DNA of 64,000 nt from Syntrophales bacterium (GTDB lineage Bacteria; Desulfobacterota; Syntrophia; Syntrophales; UBA4778), in assembly GCA_963665615.2 (NCBI GenBank), contig CAXXQE010000007.1:310001-374000 (forward strand), given 5' to 3'. A model generated the notes under the pieces. It had not been told where the DNA came from. It ran no database searches and was given only the letters and a program-made list of their open reading frames with translations. Of the stretch, positions 20,201 through 29,940 are shown piece by piece; positions within the stretch are counted from its first letter, which is position 1; every line of letters begins with the position of its first letter. Made by a program: the position numbers and the translations under genes.

Positions 20201-21528
20201 GGAACGGCGTGAGCGGCACTCTCCAATGGTGTGTAGCCCCAGGGTTCATAGTAAGAGGGGAACACGCCCAGATCGCATCCGGACATCATCTCGCCGTAGG
20301 TCATATTGATTAAACCATCATGCCCGTTTAGATAAGCGGGCACGAAGATAACGCTGACTTTATTCTGGGGCAGATTGCGAAGGCCTAAGTTGTTACAGCT
20401 GCCCAAGATCGGATCAGTGAGCTCATTGCGCAGTCGATGCGTTGAGATGATCGGCGCCTGGTCCGGTTGTGCAGCGCCGGATAATGCAGCCGGGTTTATG
20501 GCCATGTGATCCGCCAGGACACAAATAAACGCCACCACCGTGTCGTCGGCGCCCATTTCTGATTCAAGGCGGCTGAGGGCCTGAAGGAAAATATCGATAC
20601 CCTTGTTGCTAAATTCATAACGACCGGAGATCATCATGATCTTTGTCTGATCGTTAAATGACTTATGAAGAAACTTCGATGCAAACTCGATGAGTTGAAT
20701 CCGCGCCCGAAGGGCCTCCTCACGTTTTTCCGATACATCAGGAATGGCATCCAGATCGAGACCGTTTAGTAAAACCGTATCAGGCGGCCGGCCAAGAAAA
20801 TTTTTCGCCTCCGTTGCCGTCACCTCGCTGACCGTTGAAAAACAATCCGCCTCGCGCGTCGATGCCACTTCCATGGAGTGCTTCGCCGAAATATTGTATG
20901 CACTGGCCTCGCGTTGAGGTGAAATATGATCCAGGGCGGCATAGATGTCGACCCCCGCGCCTGCCATTGTTCGGCCTAAAATCGTCGCATGGGTCGTAAA
21001 GACGGTGCCGATCTCCGGCACACGTTTCTTGACGCAGAGGAGTCCCGACCCGCACATCCATTCGTGAAAATGGGCAACCGCTATGCCTTCCTGGGGACGG
21101 ACGACCAGATTGTAAACCGTCTCGATGACCGTCCCGCAGGCATAGCTGAACATGATCGGCTCGATATAGTCCCAGCCGCCCGCAATCGAATCAACGCGGA
21201 AATCCTCCCACATCTCGAAGAAAAGCTGATCCTTGTTGAATTTCTTGCCTGGACTGACCAGGATCACTTTCGGATTGCCCGGAATCTTCCATCGACCGAA
21301 TCGACAGGGGATCTCCTTGATCGCCGCACCTTCCCGGATTCTCGACCAGCAATCCTCATCCGTTTCCTCAAAATCCGGATTGTTTTTAAGATCCGGTCCC
21401 AGCAGGTAGTAATTTTCTCCGAATGTGCGGATGGCCTCGGTCACCTTGCTGCTGATGACTGTGTAGATTCCGCCGACCTTGTTGCAAACCTCCCAACTGA
21501 CTTCAAAAAGATATTCTTGCTTTGCCAT
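17284..21528 (-). CDS. Glycogen synthase (GT3-type)-glycogen phosphorylase (GT35) fusion
   Basis: N-terminal EVSWEVCNKVGGIYTV, SGRYEFSNKGID, PSYYEPWGYTPLE. C-terminal YSGGLGVLAGD, HINEGHSAF, ITNGVH, FARRFAPYKRA, EACGTSGQK. Confidence 0.93.
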   Translation of the reverse strand: MAKQEYLFEVSWEVCNKVGGIYTVISSKVTEAIRTFGENYYLLGPDLKNNPDFEETDEDCWSRIREGAAIKEIPCRFGRWKIPGNPKVILVSPGKKFNKDQLFFEMWEDFRVDSIAGGWDYIEPIMFSYACGTVIETVYNLVVRPQEGIAVAHFHEWMCGSGLLCVKKRVPEIGTVFTTHATILGRTMAGAGVDIYAALDHISPQREASAYNISAKHSMEVASTREADCFSTVSEVTATEAKNFLGRPPDTVLLNGLDLDAIPDVSEKREEALRARIQLIEFASKFLHKSFNDQTKIMMISGRYEFSNKGIDIFLQALSRLESEMGADDTVVAFICVLADHMAINPAALSGAAQPDQAPIISTHRLRNELTDPILGSCNNLGLRNLPQNKVSVIFVPAYLNGHDGLINMTYGEMMSGCDLGVFPSYYEPWGYTPLESAAHAVPTVTTELAGFGRWVLARKGDNRGVLILNRQGLSPQVVSDSLCDMMKDMFSWSEEEFIKRRVSARKVAEDAGWRGFYKEYLEAYNKALTVAQSRMSMLATAEYRDRVKRTFAGSASVQPRFHTFTAVVHLPPKISRLRELAYNFWWTWNPQALELFMYLDPGLWIESGHNPVQMLEAVSSDRLKEASENDGYRNLYRKIFEEFDQYLGERTSTKNEYDPIKWASPVAYFSPEFGIHESLPIYSGGLGVLAGDLLKAASDLKLPMVGVGLLYKHGYFHQRIDKNGWQIAEYPESDFSNMPVQIVQDDRGNDVQLAIELPGRTLFANIWEVKVGRVTLYLLDTDVPRNTVQDRQITSHLYADDPRVRIEQEILLGMGGVKLLKKLGIKPSVYHINEGHSAFLIFELINQLILDEGLSFDAAKEAARGCTVFTTHTPVDAGNERFSRDVVEYYFSSFMKRWGITPQQFWDLGRKEMGEDKPFYMTVLGLKCSNASNAVSKLHGDVARRMWAGVWKGFHYSDVPIGYITNGVHLQSYIAPQVREMLNGYIGPDWEKNLSDPEKWKRIHNIPDPILWRIKTSLKFNLINFLIQSVTKQWVKYDSRSLREEIIAKINPGALMIGFARRFAPYKRAYLLFSDLDRLDRIVNSERHPVHFIFAGKSHPSDKMGIDLIKRVVDICKDKRFIGRIFFIEDYDLHTARHLLQGVDVWLNTPRRPYEACGTSGQKIVISGGLNMSVSDGWWPEGYDGTNGWTVGHEVENQAEFDDTAVADEHDAQSLYELIEESAVPLFYDRDTSGIPKQWLRMVKESMSKLIPQFNADRMVRQYLAGMYVPTALRKAELESKDYALAKGLSEWKLRVPVRFSSLKLIDVVFEGIHGDAIQVGEPFVVNVRINPGSMEPDEIKAELVIGKIDGHDFIKIPSIIPLHVDGSMDGGVLKMSCEYQVEESGQYSYGIRIVPFNKSLFGKQELGLALWG

Positions 21529-21613
21529 CCCCAATAGCCCCTCACATATTGATTAATATGACCGCAATGTGTAAAACGCCCTGTCGCCCGATGCCGCGTG
21601 GAACTCCCATACG

Positions 21614-22858
21614 CTATCTTTTCTCCGCCCGTCTCCTGCCCGTGACGCGATCAGCTTTTTTGCGCGTCGGCTTGGTTTGTGTCATGATCGTATCAAAAAA
21701 GTCTGAAATAATATTCATATAATTGATATAGGCATCGTAAGGTGACGGATAGGCGTTGAAATACCGGTGTACTTCGCCATCGGAAAAACTCTTCGTGCAC
21801 ATATAATAAAAATGATCGGAACTCTGAAGCATGCGCCAAAGCGACAAATACGCGTTGTTTTTAGTCTTGCGTACGGCCCCTTCGAGCCGATAGAGAACCT
21901 CCATTGCGTCACGCTGCATGTGGTTGCCATGCCACGCCGTCAGGTCCTTCTCTTCGTCGGCGCAGGAGATATACTGCGACACGTCCAGTTGCGCCACCGG
22001 CTGATATTTTTGCGTTGCCGCCGAAGGAGTCAAAAAATCAAAATCCGGATGAGACAGGAGTTCGCCCGGCAGCTGCTCCAGAAATTCAAAGATGCCGGAG
22101 GCGCGCCGGTGATGCTCGCCGAACGTTTCATAATTCAAGAACAGATTGACCACCTCTGCGCCGGAATTGATGCGATGGAGCCAGCCAGCATATTTTTGTG
22201 CCGTCAATGGATGCTCCGACCATCCTCGATCGGAAAACCGAAACGCGATATCGTCGGAAAGACGATAATTCCTCAGGAGGCACTTGAGCGATCGACATCC
22301 GATGGGCTGGTAAACAAAGTTGGGACTCCGCCAACCCAGGATTTGATCTGCCCCTTCGGTCAAGATCGTCTTATACCCCTGCCGCTCCATCTCAGCGGCC
22401 AGATCGTTGTTATAGATCATCTCGGTATTGAGATACGTCCTGGTCGTCTGCCCGAACAGGGCTTTGATCTTATCGCGATTCATGCGGACCTGCTGTTGAA
22501 ACTCCCTCATGGAGAAGAGGAATGCCAGGGAATGGTAATAGGCCTGATTGACGAACTCTACCTGCCCGGTGTCTCCCAGCCTTTTGAAGCTGTCCAGCGC
22601 ATCCGGTTGATATTGTTCGAGCTGGTCGATCAGCGTTCCAGTCAGGGAAAGCGCGATCTTGACATCACCCTTGTATTGGCGAATCAGCTTCAACAGGATC
22701 TCATTCGCGGGCAGATAACAACGCTGCACGATCCGACTCAAGAAATTTCTATTCAAATCATCATCCACATAATCGTGCGATTGGCCGATGTCGAAAAACG
22801 TGTAATGTCGCAAACGATAAGGTTGGTGGGCGACAAAACAAAGACATATGGAAGGCAT
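21614..22858 (-). CDS. Glycoside hydrolase family 57 (alpha-amylase-like)
   Basis: HQPYRL, YYHSL, NTEMIY, NYETFGEH, QSSDHFYYMCTK. Confidence 0.92.
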   Translation of the reverse strand: MPSICLCFVAHQPYRLRHYTFFDIGQSHDYVDDDLNRNFLSRIVQRCYLPANEILLKLIRQYKGDVKIALSLTGTLIDQLEQYQPDALDSFKRLGDTGQVEFVNQAYYHSLAFLFSMREFQQQVRMNRDKIKALFGQTTRTYLNTEMIYNNDLAAEMERQGYKTILTEGADQILGWRSPNFVYQPIGCRSLKCLLRNYRLSDDIAFRFSDRGWSEHPLTAQKYAGWLHRINSGAEVVNLFLNYETFGEHHRRASGIFEFLEQLPGELLSHPDFDFLTPSAATQKYQPVAQLDVSQYISCADEEKDLTAWHGNHMQRDAMEVLYRLEGAVRKTKNNAYLSLWRMLQSSDHFYYMCTKSFSDGEVHRYFNAYPSPYDAYINYMNIISDFFDTIMTQTKPTRKKADRVTGRRRAEKR

Positions 22859-22867
22859 AGCTCCCCC

Positions 22868-24157
22868 TTACTGGATTTGCTGATAAACGGTCGTGATTTT
22901 CTCCGCTACGCTATCCCAATGAATCATCCGCAGGGTTTCCCTTGACTGCAACACCATTTCCCTGGACAGCGCGGGATATCTCAACACCGAAAGAATCTTA
23001 TTGGCGAGCTCAGTGATATCCCAGAAATCGACCTTCAAGACATTTTGGACGATCTCGGCAACCCCGGACTGCTTAGAAATAATCACCGGCACGTCCCGCA
23101 GCATCGCCTCAAGCGGTGCGATGCCGAAGGGCTCGGAAATGCTCGGCATGACATACAGATCGCTCATCGCATAAATCTGTTCGATCTGACGCCCCTCGAC
23201 AAATCCCAGAAAATGAAAATTCAGTCCGATGCTCAACTGAGCGACGCGCTCGATCATCCGCGGCGTCATATCGCCGGAGCCCGCCATCACAAATGTCACG
23301 TTGGGCATGTATCGGAGCACACGCGCCGCAGCCTCGATAAAATAATCCGGACCCTTCTGAAAGGTGATCCGCCCCAGAAACAGGACGATTTTCCGGTTGT
23401 GCCTCTTGACAGACGGCATCACGCCGCCGGCCCCTTCTCGGTCCACGGCGTTGTGAACCACAGAGATCTTCTCGGGCGAAATCCCATAACGGTTCACGAT
23501 GATATTTTTCGTATAATGGCTGACGGCGATGACGTGATCGGCCACCGCCATTCCGAAACGTTCGATGTCGTAAACCGCCTGGTTGATATTTTCACCGCTC
23601 CGGTCAAATTCCAGGGCATGGGCGTGATACACGAAGGGTTTTCCGCTGACGCGTTTCGCCTCCGCACCGGCAAAAGCGGTCAGCCAGTCGTGTCCGTGGA
23701 TAGCGTCAAAAGATTCCCGTTCGGCAATCTCGGCAACCACCCGGGCATAGCGGAGGGCCTCCTGAAGCAAATCGCCGCCGTAATCCCCGGAAAGCTCAAG
23801 GCACCATTCCGTCTGTTCGCTTGCAACGGCTTTTTGGGGGCTCGATTTCGCCAGAATCGTCGCATAGCTTTGAGGATTGAGATAGGGTCTCAGAAACGCA
23901 TCGACGGGAAGAAAATCGACATTTGTCAAATACGTCCAATCGATGCCCACCTCTCCTCGCGGGGCCGGCGCCAGCGGGATATCGCTGGCAGAGATCAAAC
24001 GGACATGAGACTCGCGCGTCTCGCCCTTTATCTTCGGCAAAACAAAGAGGATTTTCACGCCCCGTTTTGCGAGTGCTTTCGTCATTCCGAAGCAGGCGGT
24101 GCCCAGCCCGCCACTGATATATGGAGGGAACTCCCACCCCAGCATCAGGATCCGCAT
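22868..24157 (-). CDS. GT-B glycosyltransferase (GT4/GT5, glycogen-synthase-like)
   Basis: MLGWEFPPYISGGLGTAC, HGHDWLT, GRITFQKGPDYF, MPSISEPFGIAPLEA. Confidence 0.9.
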   Translation of the reverse strand: MRILMLGWEFPPYISGGLGTACFGMTKALAKRGVKILFVLPKIKGETRESHVRLISASDIPLAPAPRGEVGIDWTYLTNVDFLPVDAFLRPYLNPQSYATILAKSSPQKAVASEQTEWCLELSGDYGGDLLQEALRYARVVAEIAERESFDAIHGHDWLTAFAGAEAKRVSGKPFVYHAHALEFDRSGENINQAVYDIERFGMAVADHVIAVSHYTKNIIVNRYGISPEKISVVHNAVDREGAGGVMPSVKRHNRKIVLFLGRITFQKGPDYFIEAAARVLRYMPNVTFVMAGSGDMTPRMIERVAQLSIGLNFHFLGFVEGRQIEQIYAMSDLYVMPSISEPFGIAPLEAMLRDVPVIISKQSGVAEIVQNVLKVDFWDITELANKILSVLRYPALSREMVLQSRETLRMIHWDSVAEKITTVYQQIQ

Positions 24158-26161
24158 GGTTGTCCCTCCTCGTTGAGGATACAATAGAGACGAATCATCT
24201 CCGCAACGCTCCACGCTTGAGCAATGCAGCCATTCGGACGATGCGGCGGATCACCGTCAAAAATTTCAGAAACGGAATCGATGCCCACTTCATGCAGGTG
24301 TCCGCAAAGCGGTTTCAGGATGTTTTTCTTCAGATAGTCCCTCGCCTGAACGCGGTCATGCGCCGTTTTCAGATACGCCTCGCCAAAATGCGCCACCCAC
24401 CATGGCCAGACCGTCCCCTGGTGATAAGCCGCATCACGCATCACGCTGTCGCCCGCATAGCGTCCGCGATAGGCTTGGTTGCTGGGAGACAGCGTCCTTA
24501 ATCCAAATGGCGTCAGGAGATCCTTCTCGACTCGCTCCACAACGCCCCGACGTTGGAGTTCGTCAAGAGGAGAAAAAGGCAGGGAAACGGCCAGTAGTTG
24601 ATTCGGTCGTACTTCGGCATGAAGGACCCCTTCGCTCACAACATCTCCAAGATAGGCATCCGCTTCCATCCAGAATGCGCGGGTGAAAGCCTGGTGAAGG
24701 CGCTCGATCAAACCGGTCTGCCGATAGGAACGCTTGCCCAACTTCTCGGCCAGTTCATCGACAAAACAGATGGCATTGTACCACAGCGCATTGATGTCGA
24801 CCGCGTAACCGTGGCGGGGGGTCACGGGCTTTCCATGAACGGTCGCGTCCATCCACGTCAGTTGTGTCATGGCATCCCCCGCGTGAAGGAGCCCCTCGTC
24901 GTTCATGAAAATGCCATAATCCGTTCCGCCGGCGTAACCCTCGAATATCTTGACGAGCACCGGCCAGATATACTTTTTCACCGTCTGGAGGTCGTCTGTG
25001 TAGTTCAGCATCTGCTGGACCGCCCAGAAATACCAAAGCGCGCAATCCACTGAATTGTATGCATGGCCGTCGGGATGCTCGGAGAAAAAATTGGGTAGCA
25101 GGCCGTTGCGCTCGTAGCGACCGATAGACCTCAGAACGGCAATACCGTGCTCGGCCTCGCCACGACAGAATGTCAAGCCAGGAAGCGCAATCAACGTGTC
25201 GCGTCCCCAATCAACGAACCAGGGATAGCCGGCGATGATCGTCGGTCGGCTTGTCTTACCGCTTAACGGCTGATGAGTCAGAAAGTGTCTGGCGCCGTAG
25301 AGCAAGGTGGTCACGTCCTCATGGCGGTCGGCCTCGTCCAATTGGGCTGCCCGCTGAGAGGCATGATCGTAACAGATACGACGCCGAGCCTCCTCGATCT
25401 GCCACATCCGCTCGATTCGAGAGCACTCACCTGTTGAAGCCGCAACAATGACAGACTCTCCCTCCGCCAATACAACCTCAAGCACCCCGGGCTGAAACAG
25501 ATCTTCGTGGCAGTCAAATCCCCGTTCATCTTCGACGACGTATACAAAATTACGGTACCAGACGGGAGACGGCAGAAAGGTAGATTTTTTGTTCGATTGA
25601 ATGTACAGGGAGGGCATTCCCTCGTAAGGTTGAATCTTGAAGCCGTTTTTTTTCCTTGACGGTTCTGGGTTGAAGGCTGAAATTTTCCTTGCTCAAGGCA
25701 TGAAAATCGCGAAACGCCAGAAAGGGCTTCAGCCGCAACAGAACCCGTTCGCCAGAGCGCTCGCACAGATACCGGACCATGACGCAATCTTTGCCGAAGG
25801 GCATCATGATCTCCTTGTGCACAACTGTATCGCCGATTTGATAGACGAAATGAGGACACAAATCGCTTTGAAACAACTTGAGGTACTTATGACCGGACGG
25901 CGCGAAAACGTCGGGATAGCGATGCAACGTCAGAAAAAACTCGCTCTCTCTGATAACGAGCGAATCCTCATACTTCGACAGGAGAACATAACGCCCCGGG
26001 GGATCGAGCAGATTGGAAACAAGCAGACCGTGATACCGACGGGTATGGCAGTTGAGAATGGAACTGGAGGCATATCCTCCCAGGCCATTGGTATCGAGCC
26101 ACTCCAGTGTAAGGGCTTCTCTGAGGTTTAGACACGTGGTTTCATCTATGCTGATAGCCAT
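24145..26161 (-). CDS. Glycogen debranching enzyme (amylo-alpha-1,6-glucosidase), +1 frameshift at 25646-25653
   Basis: EWLDTNGLGGYASS...TRRYHGLL (ORF 25550-26161) and IAGYPWFVDWGRDT, LTWMDA, YHQGTVWPW, AQAWSVAE (ORF 24145-25617). Confidence 0.9.
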
Positions 26162-26318
26162 GCCTCTTTGTCCCTCCTGAGCTTAGACGAGGGTTCAGAA
26201 ATCCCCCAGATATGCATGCAGCAGCAACAAGACAATCTCAAGCAAAGACGTCAAAACAGGACAGCTACGATAAAGACCGGAAAGCTAAAAGCCTTACGCG
26301 ATGTGCTAATACTAATTC

Positions 26319-26346
26319 ACTATAACGGAGCAAAAAATATAGTCAA
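26319..26346 (-). promoter_or_regulatory. Candidate sigma70 promoter for the glycogen operon
   Basis: TTGACT-N16-TATAGT on the minus strand. Confidence 0.45.
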
Positions 26347-26425
26347 GACATTTGTCCGGATTCATCAACATGTACAGCCGATTCAGCACGTTGGATCCCT
26401 TTAGCTTCATGCGAGCAATATGAAA

Positions 26426-26441
26426 AGCATAGATCATGCCA
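26426..26441 (-). promoter_or_regulatory. Candidate sigma54 (-24/-12) promoter
   Basis: TGGCATGATCTATGCT, exact GG-N10-GC spacing. Confidence 0.45.
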
Positions 26442-26645
26442 GGAAATAATCACACCTCAAAAAACGAAAAAACGTCGAATATCGCTTTACCCAAGACAGT
26501 TAATTCGAGATAATCGCAATCCAGTTACATATCGGCGTTGCGCTTTTTCAATTCCTTTTAGTCTGATAAATTGACTTTTCCTACCAAGTAATATATTAAA
26601 CAGATCCTTGAAATTAGCGTGGAATTTGTTCCGCTTGGAGAAGAA

Positions 26646-27698
26646 ATGCATAAAAAATCCACTTACAAAGATGCTGGTGTCGATATCGATCAGGGCAATC
26701 TCTTCGTCGATAAGATCAAACCGATGATCAAAAGCACCCATCGCAAAGAGGTGCGCGGCGACATCGGCGGTTATGCCGGTCTGTTCAATCTTGATTTATC
26801 GAAATACAAGAATCCGATTCTTGTCTCATCGACCGATGGTGTCGGCACCAAACTCAAGATCGCCATGCTGATGAACAAGCACGACTCCGTGGGTATCGAC
26901 TTGGTCGCCATGTCCGTCAATGATATTATCGTCAAAGGCGCCGAGCCGCTTTTCTTCCTCGACTATTTTGCAACCGGAAAACTATCGCTGGACATCAGCG
27001 TCAGCGTCATTGAGGGCATCACGAAGGGATGCGTCGAGGCGGGCTGCACCCTCCTGGGTGGTGAAACGGCCGAGATGCCCGGTTTCTATGCCGACGGAGA
27101 ATACGATCTGGCGGGTTTCTGTGTCGGCGTTGTCGAGGCCGGCAAGCTCATCGACGGCTCAGAAATCAGCGTCGGCGACACCTTAATCGGCCTGGCGTCG
27201 AGTGGCCTGCATAGCAACGGATACTCCCTTGCGCGGAAGATCCTTCTGGAACAGAGCCAGCTCGATATCCATTACCAAGCGCCGGAGCTGCCGCATTCCA
27301 TCGGCACAGAGCTTCTAACGCCGACGAGAATCTATGTAAAGTCCCTTCTCAACCTCTTTAAACAATTCAACGTCAAGGGTCTGGTCCATGTCACCGGCGG
27401 GGGCTTTATCGACAACATTCCGCGCGTTCTTCCGGAACGTTGCAAAGCCGTCATCAAAGAGGGCAGCTGGACCATTCCGCCGATCTTTCCCCTCCTTCAA
27501 AAACTGGGGCACGTTGATTGCCAAGAGATGTTTCGGGTGTTCAACATGGGTATCGGGATGATTGCCATCGTCTCGACAAAGGAGTCAGGGGATATCCTGG
27601 ACAGACTCAAGGCGCTCGGCGAACAGGCCTTCGTCATCGGTTCTATTGAAAAAAGAGCGGCAAACGATCCGGCCGTCTGCATTGCATCCGTCTACTAA
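26646..27698 (+). CDS. purM: Phosphoribosylaminoimidazole synthetase
   Basis: YKDAGVDID, TDGVGTKL, GGETAEMPG, SSGLHSNGYSL, HVTGGG, VFNMGIG. Confidence 0.97.
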   Translation: MHKKSTYKDAGVDIDQGNLFVDKIKPMIKSTHRKEVRGDIGGYAGLFNLDLSKYKNPILVSSTDGVGTKLKIAMLMNKHDSVGIDLVAMSVNDIIVKGAEPLFFLDYFATGKLSLDISVSVIEGITKGCVEAGCTLLGGETAEMPGFYADGEYDLAGFCVGVVEAGKLIDGSEISVGDTLIGLASSGLHSNGYSLARKILLEQSQLDIHYQAPELPHSIGTELLTPTRIYVKSLLNLFKQFNVKGLVHVTGGGFIDNIPRVLPERCKAVIKEGSWTIPPIFPLLQKLGHVDCQEMFRVFNMGIGMIAIVSTKESGDILDRLKALGEQAFVIGSIEKRAANDPAVCIASVY

Positions 27699-27744
27699 CG
27701 ATAACTCCGGGCAAGATGTTCCAGCCAGTCTTTAGCGAGCGGTT

Positions 27745-28410
27745 ATGAAAAAGATCAATTTGGGCGTGCTTGTTTCCGGCGGCGGGTCGAACCTCCAATC
27801 GATCATCGACCACATCGAACAACAAAAGCTGGACGCCGAGATTAAAATCATCATTTCGAATAATCCGAATGCCTACGCCTTGGAAAGGGCCAGAAAGCAC
27901 CATATCCCGGCGGTCGTCATCGACCACACCGAGTTTCCGGATCGCAACGACTTCGACCGAAAGATGATAGAAGTCCTTCGCTTCCACACGATCGACCTGA
28001 TTGTTCTGGCCGGCTTCATGCGTGTTCTGACCCCTCATTTTCTAAAAACTTTCCCGATGAGGATCATAAACATTCATCCGGCGTTGCTGCCCTCCTTTCC
28101 AGGCCTGCATGTCCAAAAAAAAGCCCTGGATTATGGGGTCAAATTTTCAGGCTGCACGGTTCATTTCGTCGATGAAGGCGTCGATACGGGTCCGATCATC
28201 ATCCAGGCAGTGGTCCCTGTCTGTGAAGGCGATACGGAACAGACGCTGGCCGATCGGATATTGAAAGAAGAGCATCGTATTTACCCCCAGGCCATTCAGT
28301 TTTATGCGAAAGGCAGGCTCAAAGTGGAAGGACGCCGGGTCCACGTTAGAGACGCATCTGATATGGCGGCCCCCATCGCGCTGCATAACCCGCTTCTTGA
28401 AAACGAGTGA
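27745..28410 (+). CDS. purN: Phosphoribosylglycinamide formyltransferase
   Basis: SGGGSNLQ, LAGFMR, INIHPALLPSFPG, VDTGPII. Confidence 0.97.
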   Translation: MKKINLGVLVSGGGSNLQSIIDHIEQQKLDAEIKIIISNNPNAYALERARKHHIPAVVIDHTEFPDRNDFDRKMIEVLRFHTIDLIVLAGFMRVLTPHFLKTFPMRIINIHPALLPSFPGLHVQKKALDYGVKFSGCTVHFVDEGVDTGPIIIQAVVPVCEGDTEQTLADRILKEEHRIYPQAIQFYAKGRLKVEGRRVHVRDASDMAAPIALHNPLLENE

Positions 28411-28512
28411 TGCGAGTGCGCCTGCACGTTGGTCGAGGGGGCTGACTCTTTTTGATTTGATCGAAAGCCCTGTAAGACTCGATATCCGGAACAGACACAT
28501 TAAGAGCTTCTT

Positions 28513-29940
28513 ATGCACGATGTCATTATCATTGGCAATGATCTGAGTTCACTGATTGCGGCGTGGCGATCGGCAAAACGCGGCTACAAGACTATTTTGA
28601 TCTGCCGCCATGCCCCTCCATACAGTCTTTCTCTCAACGACTTTACCTTCGACATCGACCCTCTCCCCTGGCTGTCGATTCCGGAAGCCGGTTTCGATCT
28701 GCCCCGGGCTCTCACAAGAGAGACGTCCGTTGGCGATTCTGGTGCCATCCCTGCGTTGCAGGTAATCCTTCCGGAACACCGCGTCGATTTTCGGCATGGA
28801 CTCTACGATCAGATCCGTGAACTCGCCAGGGAATTCCCCGGCGAGGCGCAAGAAGCGGAACAACTCTATCGTCAGGCCATGATCTCATCCCGGTCGATGG
28901 AATCTTGGCTATCCCTGCTGTCCGGTCAAGTCAGGGGGGCGACGGTCATCAAATCCGTTCCGAAATATTTTTTGAATGCAGTCGCCTGGCGGTTTCGGAC
29001 CAGAAGTTTGAAAGCGGTCTCAGGCCTCAATGCCCCGTTGCGCTTCACGCTTCATTTGCTTTCCGGCGAAGCAGGTTGCCGACTCGAACAAATTGCCGCC
29101 TCCTGGCACCTGGCTCGACTGTTAACGGCCCAGCCGTTCCTGAAACAATCCAAAACCGAAATTCTGAAAGGACTCCGCGACGAGCTCGATTCCTTGGGCG
29201 TTGAAGTATGCCAGGCCGATGAGATCCCCAGAATATTGACGGGACGTGAGATCGAGGTCGCCATCGTTCAGTCTGAGGGCCAGCGGCTGCTGACGGCTAA
29301 GGATCTCATTGTCAGCCTCAAATGGCGGGACTTCGCGAAGCTCTGCCAGGATCAGAAAATCGATCACTGGCGGAAGCGCTACTTAAAAAGTGTCGCCCCG
29401 TTTTACCGCCCCTACACGATCCACATCGGCCTCAAGAACCGTGCCATTCCAGAACAGATGGCGTCTCAGGTCATTGTGGCTCCCATGGGCCGTGAACCGG
29501 GAAAGCCCCTCGGCGGCGACCTGACCTTTTTGTCGCTTAGCAGCCCCGACGATGCCGGGGCTGCGCCGACAGGCATGCGAACCCTGAGTGCGACGGTATT
29601 TTTACCGATGATGTCAAGCGGCGCCGACCTTCAGTATTTCAGGGGCGTTGCCGATAACATGATGAAACGGCTCGACATCGTCTTACCCTTCCTTCGCGAA
29701 AACATTGTCTGTCTCGATATCGAGGCCTGTTACAAACTCCATGTGGACTTTCAGGATGTTGTCAACTTAAAATCAGACCACGGTGGATGTCGCCCAGGGT
29801 TCGTACCGACGTCGGCGGGAACGAGGGTCAAGCGCAATGTCGTCGTCACGGGGGGAGAATTGTTCCCGGCACTAGGGTTCATGGGTGAACTGCTTTCAGG
29901 CATTCACGCGGCCGATCAAATTTCAGAAAGGGGACCATAA
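28513..29940 (+). CDS. Phytoene-desaturase-like flavoprotein-fold protein
   Basis: N-terminal HDVIIIGNDLSSLIAA (degenerate Rossmann motif), FTFD, C-terminal FPALGFMGELLSG. Confidence 0.6.
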   Translation: MHDVIIIGNDLSSLIAAWRSAKRGYKTILICRHAPPYSLSLNDFTFDIDPLPWLSIPEAGFDLPRALTRETSVGDSGAIPALQVILPEHRVDFRHGLYDQIRELAREFPGEAQEAEQLYRQAMISSRSMESWLSLLSGQVRGATVIKSVPKYFLNAVAWRFRTRSLKAVSGLNAPLRFTLHLLSGEAGCRLEQIAASWHLARLLTAQPFLKQSKTEILKGLRDELDSLGVEVCQADEIPRILTGREIEVAIVQSEGQRLLTAKDLIVSLKWRDFAKLCQDQKIDHWRKRYLKSVAPFYRPYTIHIGLKNRAIPEQMASQVIVAPMGREPGKPLGGDLTFLSLSSPDDAGAAPTGMRTLSATVFLPMMSSGADLQYFRGVADNMMKRLDIVLPFLRENIVCLDIEACYKLHVDFQDVVNLKSDHGGCRPGFVPTSAGTRVKRNVVVTGGELFPALGFMGELLSGIHAADQISERGP

